Assembly (NCBI GenBank): GCA_051362555.1
Contig: CM120643.1
Location: 11,692,644-11,756,643 of the forward strand
DNA length: 64,000 nucleotides
DNA from: Lingula anatina
Taxonomy: Eukaryota > Animalia > Brachiopoda
Direction: 5' to 3'
Numbering within the stretch: position 1 is the stretch's first letter; each line of letters starts with the position of its first letter. The position numbers and the translations under genes were made by a program. The notes beneath the pieces were generated by a model. The model was not told the origin of the DNA, did not search any database, and saw nothing but the letters and a program-made list of their open reading frames with translations. Below are positions 1 to 11,280 of this stretch, piece by piece.

Positions 1-149
1 GCGTTGTGAAATATAGAACACACTTTTGTTCTTTTTATGTTCTTTCACTGAGTATTGTGTGAAAACGATCTAGTAGAATAATATATATTGCTGACTGCGT
101 ACTGCCGTTTTAAAGAAGTGCATTTTATGTACTGAGTAGCATACCAACC

Positions 150-419
150 ATTTCGAGCAATAGTGTACCTGTAATGGATCTATCGGTATTTGGATCTAAA
201 AATACGTGAATCTATAGGTGTGCGGATTTGAAGGACGTGGGTTTATGAGGACGTCATATCTATAGGAACGCAAATATATAGGACAGCAGAAAAAAAATCG
301 GATCTATCGGTATTTAAATCTAAAAAGACGTTTTTTCCGTTTTTCCTTTATGTATCTATCGGTAACGGGAGTATAGGGACGTGTAATATTTTGGGACTAA
401 ATTTTATCCGTACGTACCC
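150..419. repeat. Probable end of a non-autonomous DNA element with short subterminal repeats
   Basis: Recurring GATCTATCGGTA and ~15-bp-spaced GGACGT/TATAGG motifs, ending in TCCGTACGTACCC. The other end is not visible. Confidence 0.35.
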
Positions 420-598
420 AATTTAGCAACTGCTGCCAGCAACTTGATTTAAATCAGGGTCTAATCAAACAGCTAGGTCATTTAATGTACCTTAAGTTTC
501 AAGGCACTGTTAAGCTAGATTGCTCACTATAGGCCTATATATACCTTTTCATGTGTTGGCTTTATTACAGTGTATTGCTGATGTGGGTTATAAATATA

Positions 599-1634
599 GG
601 GTAGACCGGGGCTAAACGCCCCCCTTAAGCAAGAAACATCACAATTTTACCTGCTGAAGGTATAGACCGTTCAAAGTGGGTGTTAACTATGAAGGGCTGA
701 CTAGACTACAAACTGATACTAACACTTTTGGAAACAAACAAAAGAAAAACCTTATAGGTAAAAAATAGGTAAATTATAAAATCGGCCTTTTTGCCCCATG
801 GCTGGGGCATTACGCCTCGCACCACGGGGCTAAACGCCCACCGTGGGCGTCTTGCCCCAAACTATAGGCGTTATGCCCCGCCTTTGTACAAAGCAAAATA
901 AAGTCAAATTATATTTCTACGAGACAACTTAGTAAGCCTTTAAAAGCAACAAATTATATTTTGGGGTACTGAGATAATAAAAATACCCATCAAATTTATT
1001 CAGAATGAGCTGTAATTCTACTCTTTACGACAGGGCACTGTGATACTTCCAAAATTAAGTTCCTAGTACAGCCACTTGCTTTGGCTTTTCCCCATATAAG
1101 TGTTATAACTGATGATATACAATAAAAAAACATGCATGAAAGAACACTTCCGCATCTTTTTAGAATTATTTTTTATTTAAAAACGAAAGGGGGCAAAACG
1201 CCCAGTGATCGGGGCAAAACGCCCACCATAGGCATTTTGCCCCATATCAGCATGGGCGTTTTGCCCCAAAGTGAGATTTTGTATATTTTTTCAAAATTCG
1301 TCGGGAAAAGTTTTATACAATCTGACTTCATCGAAACTTGTATGGAGGTCTGATACCATCCTATCTGTCACCAACAAAGTTTTTGGAATTCGTGCATTTG
1401 GTAGGTGGTGTCACTGATGTTAAGGAAAAGGCTAAATAACAGTAAACAAGGCAAAAATGAACAAATTATCATAAAATGCTTATTTTTTAGTTTGTGATCA
1501 TCTCCGTCATGGAGGATAAGTCTGCTGGAAATCGGAAGTGGACAAAACATCACGAGACGCGTATTTATACGTAATACCTGAAAAAAAGCGGGTGGGCGTT
1601 TGACCCCGACTGGGCGTTTAGCCCCGGTCTACCC
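599..1634. mobile_element. Non-autonomous Tc1/mariner (pogo-like) MITE
   Basis: Perfect 23-bp TIRs GGGTAGACCGGGGCTAAACGCCC (599-621) and its reverse complement (1612-1634), flanked by TA on both sides. Many internal GGGGC(A/T)AAACGCCC subrepeats; no transposase ORF. Confidence 0.85.
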
Positions 1635-1850
1635 TATATAAAATCAAGCTGGCAATACCGAAATCTAGAACCTAGGGTAATTTAATGTGACATCTCACTG
1701 AAACTGACAGCCTATCTGTTTGGAAAAAATGATTACTGCCATGGACTTAATTGCAATCAGCCCACTCATGTGATTGAAATTGACAGCCGGACTTGGGTTT
1801 TCGTTTCTAACACGAGGTGAAATATCTACTACAACTTTTGATGAAGACTA

Positions 1851-1992
1851 GCCTCGGCTTCGATGCTGCATCTGTTGCGCGCTGGGAACTTCAACCAATC
1901 CGATTGTGACTTTCACTTCGTGTAGCGCTGGATCCCCTTATTTGCATAACGCATTGTATAAATATAAAACACTCCTATCCTCCAACATTCAA
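1851..1992 (+). promoter_or_regulatory. Histone H2B promoter (copy 1), now directly upstream of a LINE ORF
   Basis: CCAAT 1895-1899, GATCC 1931-1935, octamer ATTTGCAT 1940-1947, TATAAATA 1957-1964, cap-like CATTC 1986-1990. Colinear with the intact H2B promoter at 14644-14785. Confidence 0.9.
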
Positions 1993-4900
1993 AAACAGAC
2001 TCAAACACACTAACACGCATCAAACCCCTACCCAAAGATGGCGGCACACCTGATGCATATCAACATAAACAGTCTTAAAACCAAGAAACAACTCTTAGTT
2101 GAATATCTGGTAGAGCATAAACCTGACATCGTATGCATAAACGAGACAAAGTTGAGTGAGAAGACAAAAATATCTGTGAGCGGCTATCAGGTGTTGCGCA
2201 GGGACAGAGATGCGCATGGAGGCGGAGTGGCTATACTCGTTAAGAAAGATGTAAAGTTCCAAGCTATCAATACCAGCAACCTTAATGCTGAAATACTGGG
2301 GATAGAAACTACGATAAATCAAATAAAAACGGCTATAGTTTCACTGTATAACCCACCTCATACAACCCCTGACAAAGCAGTATTTAAGCACTTTACTGAT
2401 CAATATCAAAATTGTCTATTTATAGGCGATTTTAACAGTAAGCACGCTTTCTTTGGTTGCAAGAAAACGAACAATAACGGAAACGTTCTCTTTGACATAA
2501 CTGAGGAACTAGATCTGATAAATCTTAATGATAATGGCGAAACTACGCACATGGCCACTAATGGCAATACTGATACGCTGGACATGGCTTTTGTCACGAC
2601 TCAACTTTACTCGAAAATAGCGGACTGTTATGTAGGTGAAGACGTCGGTAGCGACCATCTACCCCTACACGTAAAAATCATTCAGAATAACCGAATAGCA
2701 AGAGCACCAACTGTCTTACGGCGGAATACAAGAAAAATAAACCAACCACTGTTTGACCATCTAATTTCTGAAAATCTAAATGGCGACGCAGTCACACCTA
2801 CCACCACTGGAATAGACGAAGCTTGTGAGAATGTGACCGAGACACTAGTAAATGCACTTGAAACCGCATGCCCAAAAACAAAGGTACGAGAAAATGTATG
2901 GAGAGTAAGCGAGGACACCCTTAAGCTTATAAAACTGAAAAGAAAACTAAGACGCCTGGCTCAAAAGAAAGAAGGCCCTTTCTATAAAATCATGTACAAC
3001 TATATGACAAAACGGGTCAAAGAAGCCATCAAAAAAGAAAAACAAAAAGCTTGGGAAACCGCTACCTCTATGCTAAATGAAAGAAAAATGGACAAGACCT
3101 TCTGGGACATGTTTAAAAGGCTAACTAGCACTGGCAAAGCTAAAGAAACATCTGAAAAGCCTGTACTCAAAGAAAATGGGCAACTTACAACAAACGATGC
3201 GGAGAAAGCAAATGCATTTGCAAATACCCTTGGCAAGATACATAACACCCACGAGGGGGTCATATTCGACGACGGTTTTAAAGCGGTGGTGGAAAACTAC
3301 GTCGGTAAAAACAAACACAAATTCGATCCCTTATCTAACCCGACATTAGAAGAAGGGGACGATCACAAAATTCTAGATAAAATCACAATAGATGAACTTA
3401 ACGGAAATCTGAAAAATACAAAAAACACGTCACCAGGTGACGACACAATAACAAACGGGATAATTAAAAAAGCGCCTGTATGTCTGAAAAACAAACTATG
3501 CGACATTTATAACAACTGTCTGCAGTTGGGATATTTCCCCACAATATGGAAAAAAGCGACTGGTATAATGATACCCAAACCTGAGAAAGATCACAAAGTA
3601 ACAACGAATTATAGACCGATCAGCCTGCTAAGCTGCCTAGGCAAACTATTCGAGAGAATAATCGCCACTAGAATAAAAGAAAAACTAGAAAATGACCAAT
3701 TTTTCAATAAATGGCAAAGAGCGTACATGAGCAAGAAAGAAGGAATGGAACATGTGTTAAGACTAGCTGAAAGTGCACAACTGGCAATAAACAAAGGCTG
3801 GGTTACGGGCGCTATGATGCTGGACGTGGAGAAGGCTTTTGACTCAGTTTGGCACGCTGGGTTAAGGTACAAACTAGCAAATAGTAACCTGCCAGTTAAG
3901 ATTGTCCGCTTGCTGTCATCTTTTTTGAAAGACAGAAAGATCAAGGTCAGAATCAAAGGCGAGGAATCCGAATATGTTAGTCTCAATGCTGGCACGCCTC
4001 AGGGGTCTGTAATCAGCCCGTTGCTATTTCTAATATATGTGAACGACCTACCAATAAACCCAAGATACAACACCGAGGTCTCTCAATTTGCAGACGATTT
4101 AGGCATGTGGACATCATGCAAAAATGTAAAAAGCATAGAAATCAGACTGACGGGCGTGATAAAGGATCTCGAATTATGGTGCTCTCTATGGCGGATAAAA
4201 CTAAACACCAAGAAAACACAATTAATCATCTTTTCAAAATCAAATGAACAACCCAAGCTTAACCTCACATTATTTGGCGACCGATTAGAAACATGTGAGG
4301 AAGTCACACTGCTGGGAATCACATTCGACAGAAAACTAGGTTTCAAAAAACACGTAGACAACACAGTGAAAAGAGCTAGGAAAAGAACTGGCCTTCTCAT
4401 AAGACTCAGAGGAACAAACTGGGGGGCATCGAGTGCCTGCCTCCTCAAACTATATAAATCCTTCATTCGGCCCGTACTTGAGTACGGGGCAGTTATACTA
4501 GCTGGCATCAACAAGACAAGGCTCAAAGATCTGCAAAAAATCCAGAATAGAGCGCTACGAATAGCGCTCAAATTACCAACAAAAACTTCGATCGTAACGC
4601 TGCACAAGCTGGCCAACATTGAATATATATCAAGCAGACTATTTTTTCTGGGCACAAAAACAATTAGCAGGTTCGAAAATAGCCATCTATTCAAAGAACT
4701 TAAGCTAAAAAACATAATATTAAGCAAACCAGGCAAAAATACTACCCTTGACTTATATAAATAATGGTACAAATTGTGCATATGAAACGGTCTAACGGTA
4801 GCGACCCCGGTCTCCCGATGACCGGAGGAAGAAAGGAAAAATACAACCCTGAAAAGGGCAACCTCAGTCCACAAAATAAGGATAAACACATCTGGGCTCC

Positions 4901-5060
4901 CGATGACCAGAGACAAGGAAATGGAATGAGAAAACACAATAATACTATAAAGGCGGAGGAAAAAAGGTATATAATATATGTATATTATATATAAAAATAT
5001 TTATATTAACAAACATCTGGAAAAAATTAACAAGCTGGAAGGAAACTGGAAAGAGACGGT

Positions 5061-5103
<43 letters not shown>

Positions 5104-5257
5104 CCAAGCGAGGCCAAAACCACGTACAGACAAACAATAGAGGTAGAAGACAATAAACACGTTTTGGGGATTGAAAGAAGCTCTTGTATTTTAATGCACG
5201 AGACTTCGTAACTTTCCCGTGTCGGCTTCGCCGACACATACCTATACATCACACACA
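1993..5257 (+). mobile_element. Non-LTR retrotransposon (APE+RT, Jockey/I-group-like) inserted at the H2B cap site
   Basis: 13-bp TSD CTCCAACATTCAA at 1980-1992 and 5258-5270. Removing the insert restores the H2B leader seen at 14773-14816. Intact ORF, A-rich 3' UTR, terminal hairpin and ACACACA tail. Confidence 0.93.
2038..4764 (+). CDS. LINE ORF2-type protein: AP endonuclease + reverse transcriptase (908 aa, intact)
   Basis: APE motifs (NINSL, INETKL, GGGVAIL, YNPP, GDFN, TLD, SDHLP). RT motifs (SPGDD, YRPISLLS, LDVEKAFD, GTPQGSVISPLLF, QFADD, LLGITFD) and thumb region YKSFIRPVLEYG. No RNase H or C-terminal zinc knuckle seen. Confidence 0.96.
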   Translation: MAAHLMHININSLKTKKQLLVEYLVEHKPDIVCINETKLSEKTKISVSGYQVLRRDRDAHGGGVAILVKKDVKFQAINTSNLNAEILGIETTINQIKTAIVSLYNPPHTTPDKAVFKHFTDQYQNCLFIGDFNSKHAFFGCKKTNNNGNVLFDITEELDLINLNDNGETTHMATNGNTDTLDMAFVTTQLYSKIADCYVGEDVGSDHLPLHVKIIQNNRIARAPTVLRRNTRKINQPLFDHLISENLNGDAVTPTTTGIDEACENVTETLVNALETACPKTKVRENVWRVSEDTLKLIKLKRKLRRLAQKKEGPFYKIMYNYMTKRVKEAIKKEKQKAWETATSMLNERKMDKTFWDMFKRLTSTGKAKETSEKPVLKENGQLTTNDAEKANAFANTLGKIHNTHEGVIFDDGFKAVVENYVGKNKHKFDPLSNPTLEEGDDHKILDKITIDELNGNLKNTKNTSPGDDTITNGIIKKAPVCLKNKLCDIYNNCLQLGYFPTIWKKATGIMIPKPEKDHKVTTNYRPISLLSCLGKLFERIIATRIKEKLENDQFFNKWQRAYMSKKEGMEHVLRLAESAQLAINKGWVTGAMMLDVEKAFDSVWHAGLRYKLANSNLPVKIVRLLSSFLKDRKIKVRIKGEESEYVSLNAGTPQGSVISPLLFLIYVNDLPINPRYNTEVSQFADDLGMWTSCKNVKSIEIRLTGVIKDLELWCSLWRIKLNTKKTQLIIFSKSNEQPKLNLTLFGDRLETCEEVTLLGITFDRKLGFKKHVDNTVKRARKRTGLLIRLRGTNWGASSACLLKLYKSFIRPVLEYGAVILAGINKTRLKDLQKIQNRALRIALKLPTKTSIVTLHKLANIEYISSRLFFLGTKTISRFENSHLFKELKLKNIILSKPGKNTTLDLYK

Positions 5258-5301
5258 CTCCAACATTCAACGTTCAATTTGTACGCTAGAATACAAGTAC
5301 C

Positions 5302-5670
5302 ATGCCTCCCAAAGTGAGTTCCAAGGGCGCCAAGAAAGCCGGTAAGGCTAAGGCAGCACGTAGTGGTGACAAGAAGAGAAGGAGGAAGAGAAAGGAAAGC
5401 TACAGCATCTACATCTACAAGGTGATGAAACAGGTGCACCCTGACACCGGTATCTCCAGCAAAGCCATGAGCATCATGAACAGCTTTGTCAACGACATCT
5501 TTGAACGTATTGCCGGTGAAGCTTCCCGCCTTGCCCACTACAACAAGCGTTCTACCATCACCAGCCGAGAGGTCCAGACTGCTGTCCGTCTCTTGCTGCC
5601 TGGTGAGCTTGCCAAGCACGCTGTCAGTGAGGGCACAAAGGCCGTCACCAAGTACACCAGCTCTAAGTAA
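5302..5670 (+). CDS. H2B: Histone H2B (copy 1)
   Basis: Canonical H2B fold ([26 protein letters not shown]...AVTKYTSSK); intronless. Confidence 0.99.
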   Translation: MPPKVSSKGAKKAGKAKAARSGDKKRRRKRKESYSIYIYKVMKQVHPDTGISSKAMSIMNSFVNDIFERIAGEASRLAHYNKRSTITSREVQTAVRLLLPGELAKHAVSEGTKAVTKYTSSK

Positions 5671-5698
5671 ATCAACAAGTCATTGATTTGCACAAAAC

Positions 5699-5738
5699 GG
5701 TCCTTTTCAGGACCAACCATATATTTTCAGAAAAGCTA
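5699..5738 (+). terminator. Histone 3' stem-loop and HDE (H2B copy 1)
   Basis: GGTCCTTTTCAGGACC at 5699-5714, then CAGAAAAGCTA about 14 nt downstream. Confidence 0.95.
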
Positions 5739-6395
5739 TGCCAAATGTTTGCAATCTGATCATATAATTAAGAATCTCAATTAAGTTTTGAATGGGTTTG
5801 TTGTATAATAATTACCACGGCATGAATAAATAAACTGACCTGCAGACAATGTCTACCTAACAGTTAACTAGTTGGTAATGAATGAGTCAATACATAATAA
5901 AATCACGTACGGTTAACCGTTATGCCATATAGATGAATACATCTCAAAGAGGTGTAGTGAGAGTAAAAGAATGGCACCGAATGACTTACCACTACCTGTT
6001 TCTATCATGCCAAAAGTATTCTACATAGCGATAAACCAGCAGAAAATTTCACATATCAGGGCAGGTGTTAACTTTTCACATATTCCATCTCCTTCCATGA
6101 ATTTCATCTTTCCCCAGTCAAAAGGGCACAGAAAATAAACAGAAAATATATGTACTAACTTGTCAAGTCACAAAATTTCTTGGCCTACACACACGTAGTT
6201 GACCGTCCCTCAAAATACATCCATTTTGTCCAACACTGGCACATCAAACTCAAAGTTTTTTTTTTTTTTTTTTCGTTTTTCCAATTCACACCTTAAAATT
6301 GATGAACCCAATCAAACAAAAGTACCTGCACATGTGTGAATATAACATTTTAATATGTCAGGATGACTATGCCAATTTAAATCAATCCTAATAAT

Positions 6396-6670
6396 TTTTC
6401 CTCTGCCAAGAAGGTTATTTCCACCGTCTTTGTTTGTCCGTCTGTCTGTCATCAACATAACTAAAAAAATTATATGGATGAATTTCGATGGAAGTTTCAG
6501 GAGAGGTCAGAAGTGGGCCAAGGAACAGCTAGGTGATTAGTTTTTGGCGGTGATCCAGATCAATAATGAATCAATAAACAATAATCAAAAAACTAATTAA
6601 ATCATTATAGAATGAAAAGTTTGGGGTGTTGCCTTGGCGGAGGCCTGCGCTCTCGGAGTGCTTTTCTAGT
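6396..6670 (+). mobile_element. Short Helentron-associated (HINE/DINE-like) element
   Basis: 5' CCTCTGCCAAG with its inverted partner CCTTGGCGGAGG near the 3' end, a GTCT/GTTT microsatellite, and a 3' hairpin followed by TTTTCTAG. A second copy lies at 56984-57219. Confidence 0.65.
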
Positions 6671-7216
6671 CTTGGATATTTTTTAACAGTTCAAAATAAA
6701 TTTCACAATAGTTGTCAGGATTGATATGATTGTTTTCCAATCAACAGCTAATATTGAGATAGAAGATCTCCTGATAGACATCAAAATATTGGAGATAAAA
6801 CCTATTTCCATATAAGCTGTTGAATGAAGAAAAAAAAATCACATCATTCTTTTAACTTAACACAGCTGATGAAATTCTTCTCCGAGTTGGCAGGATTGTA
6901 TTTTATCTGCCTTGAGAGCAATAAATGTTGCACTTTTAAGGGCTGGGGGATATTTTCAAATCGTTTTCAGTGGCTGATTTATTTATGACACCGCATCATC
7001 CAATGATAAAGGCAAAAGCCACTTCAGAAGGACCCTATAGCTGTTGGGGTGAGGGGATATGCTTGTCTTAATTGCAGTTCAAGTTCAAAAATGAACATGA
7101 TTTAGATTATTTTTCGCCTTTACTTCATTCCTTGTTTTTGATATTAATATAATATTACATTTATTGTATATGTATATATATTAGAATAAAAGCGGTGTGA
7201 TAAAAACATAATGGTT

Positions 7217-7255
7217 TAGCTTTTCTTGATTATGGAGGTGGTCCTGAAAAGGACC
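7217..7255 (-). terminator. Orphaned histone 3' stem-loop and HDE belonging to H3
   Basis: Reverse complement of GGTCCTTTTCAGGACC at 7240-7255 and of CAAGAAAAGCTA at ~7217-7228. It becomes adjacent to the H3 stop once 7280-9894 is removed. Confidence 0.92.
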
Positions 7256-7279
7256 GTTTTAATGATGTAAAATTAGAAT

Positions 7280-9894
7280 GGGGAATACCCGCTTTAAGGG
7301 TCTGCCGCTAGATGGCGTGGGGGTGAAAGCAGTCCTTCTTAAATCTCGCAGAATCTCGCTCACGGCTTAACACCAGAGTTTAACATGGAGCGTGTGCACG
7401 CGTCGCTGACAGTGAACCAACTCAAACGCAATTTACTTGAATGTGGTGCCATAACATCTGGATGAAAATGTGAATTGACTGAAAGGTATGTGTTTTCTTT
7501 TCATTTAGTGCTTGAAAAACACGAATGCTAACTATTTTCCTTGAAAAAAATCGAACATTAGTCGAGGTGTGTGTGTCAAATCTGACATGTTATGTACATG
7601 TAGACTACTGTAGGTACGAGTAGGCCTACGCTCATATTTTGTTTTAGTAGCACGAAAGACGAAGATTTTTTATACTTAGTAAATGAACTTATTTATTTTC
7701 TTTATAATGTTACCCAAAGAAGGCCCATATATTGGGGGCAAAGCCTGAAACTGTCGATTTCAGGACCCAGGACAGCCAACTTCAAGAGCAGGATAAAATG
7801 ATTACTTCAGGAATCTTACCCGTCACTTCACATCAGCGGCAAAGATTGATGTAGCCACCAGTTATGCCTACCCTAAAGCTGACTTACAGGCGACTGTGAT
7901 GGACAACAACTATTGCCAAGTGCCATGAAAACAATAATGCATGGATAGAGGGAATGATGTAAGTGAAAACAGAGGACTAATATTAAGAATCAGGCCCAAA
8001 TATGAGAAAGAATTATCAATCTAGGTGATGTGTGACATCATAGAAATATAATATTGTATGTTAACTATTTAATGCTGTAACCATCTACCATGCTTTAATG
8101 GGATATGAATATTTCAGGTTGAGGAACAAACAGCGAAGGACACTGAGCATAGCAAGTTATAACAAGGAAAGAGCGCAATCTGACACAAGGAGAGACAATG
8201 GCAGATCACTGCTTCCAGGTTTGGAGAGATAATTGCAGCTACAGAGAAGAAGTATATAAACAAACTGTATGAATCATTGTTGTGTCCAAAACCATTGCAG
8301 ACACATGACAGTTGGACCCGGACCCGATTTCCCCTTTTTTGAATGTGTATCTCGTGCACGAATCTGGGCCTAAGGAAAACCCGCGAATACTATACTAAGT
8401 TAGAAGGCCAGATGTTCATTACAAATCGCCCATTCTGCTATTTTGTTGTGTTTACATTCTGTTTGATCTGTTTGTGGGGTTGATTCACTCTGACGCTGGA
8501 TATTTTTCTACATGTATTTTGCCCAGGATAACTTTTTTTAATGAAAAACACTATAGGAAGCATGAGTCAAGTAGTTTATAGAAAGAACCCCTGTATGAGA
8601 TGGTTTTAGCTGCAATCATAATTTTGAAGTGCAATTTTAAAAAATGTTTTAACTAAAATGAAATAATTTGGTGGTGATATATTCTTTACAAAAAGTACTT
8701 ACTAGTATGTGTTTATGCTGTTTTTAATAATATTTAACTGTAATGAAAAAAAAACCTATGATGCTATTTTGTAAAGTATTTTTAGTGGGATGAAATAAAT
8801 TGCTAGTTGTATTTACAGCAAATAATTTGGTTTTTCTGCTTTTTAAAGAATTTTCAAAGTGATGACATAATGTGGTGGTTCTATTCAAGTAAAATAATCC
8901 ATAAGTACTATTTTGTAAAAAGGAACAAAAAACTGTGTTAATTTGTAAAATGTTTGCTTTCTTTAATTTTTATTTCTTAAACTGTTACAAAAAGTTTTCC
9001 ATACCTACAGTAATCCATTGGCTGAGAAATTGCAGCTATATATTCAGGAAAGTTATAGCACATGGTTTCATGGTTTTTACTATGGACTGAATAATTATTT
9101 TGTTTAAATAAAATATTTGGTTTTGCTGCTTTTTAATGAATTTTCAGAACGATGAAATAATGTGGTGTTTCTACTCAAGTAAAACAATTCAGAAGTTCTA
9201 TTTTGTAAAAAAAGAACAAAAACTGTTCATTTATAAAATGTTTTCTTTCTTTAAATTTAATTTCTTAAACTGTTACAAAAAGATGTCCAGACATGCATTA
9301 TTCCATTGGATGAGAAATTGCATCTATACATGAACAAATATATTATCTAACTATACCTAGTTTTTATTTGATTTTAAATAAAAATAATTATTTAATTAAC
9401 ATTACCGGTCATGCTCAATACATCAATAAAAAAGGATATTACTTAATAACACAACCTTATGCGGGTAGTAGGCTACCGGTACTTATATATATTTATTGAC
9501 AACTCTTCTGAAATTACGGACATAAGAAAACGTACTTTGATAAATCATACTTTATAAGTTTTGCCAAGATCAATTAACCTTTTTACGTGTATTCTTTTTG
9601 AGGGAACTCGTCTATCTTTAGGGGCCTAACTACTGTGCCTGGGTCAAGTCGTAACTGTCCCTTTAACATGGAAGGTGTGTTGACATGGGCAACCCTTCAC
9701 TTCAAACGAAGCCCTGAATCCTCAAGAAAGTTATGCCCACCTTTCCGACTTTGACATTCAGGTAAACAACAATACTGAGGCATGTTTATTAAGGCCAGTA
9801 CCACAGTCCAACGTATACAATATCCAACATGGCGACTGTGGAAGGACTGAATTCACACTAGCGACACCTGGCGCCAAGCGGGCTGGTATTCCTC
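7280..9894. mobile_element. Decayed ISL2EU-like (PIF/Harbinger-related) DNA transposon
   Basis: Short TIRs GGGGAATACC / GGTATTCCTC and AT TSD (7278-7279, 9895-9896). Plus-strand relics: SAP-like exon LTVNQLKRNLLECGAITSG*KCELTER (7385-7485) and YqaJ-like YYTKLEGQMFITNRPFCYFVVFT (8385-8456). Minus-strand relic: THAP-like MPQYCCLPECQSRKGGHNFLEDSGLRLK* from 9783. Confidence 0.8.
8820..9335. repeat. Diverged ~290-bp tandem duplication inside the transposon
   Basis: 8821-9045 aligns with 9111-9335 (TTTGGTTTT.CTGCTTTTTAA.GAATTTTCA...TCCATTGG.TGAGAAATTGCA). Confidence 0.75.
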
Positions 9895-9895
9895 A

Positions 9896-11217
<1,322 letters not shown>

Positions 11218-11242
11218 ACGTATTGATTATTTTGTTCAAAAC

Positions 11243-11280
11243 GGTCCTTTTCAGGACCACCAAACATTCAAGAAAAGCTA
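11243..11280 (+). terminator. Histone 3' stem-loop and HDE (H4)
   Basis: GGTCCTTTTCAGGACC at 11243-11258; CAAGAAAAGCTA at 11269-11280. Confidence 0.95.

Noticed and set aside
4795-4915. Hammerhead or HDV-like ribozyme in the LINE 3' UTR
   Set aside because: CCGATGA resembles CUGAUGA, but it lies in hairpin loops and I could not build a valid ribozyme fold by eye.
4083-4937. 284-aa minus-strand ORF and other antisense ORFs over the LINE
   Set aside because: Shadow frames of the A-rich RT ORF; no recognisable motifs.
5243-5249. TATACAT at the LINE 3' end as a replacement TATA box for H2B
   Set aside because: Poor TATA match and only ~21 bp from the cap motif, versus ~29 bp in the native promoter; too weak to call.
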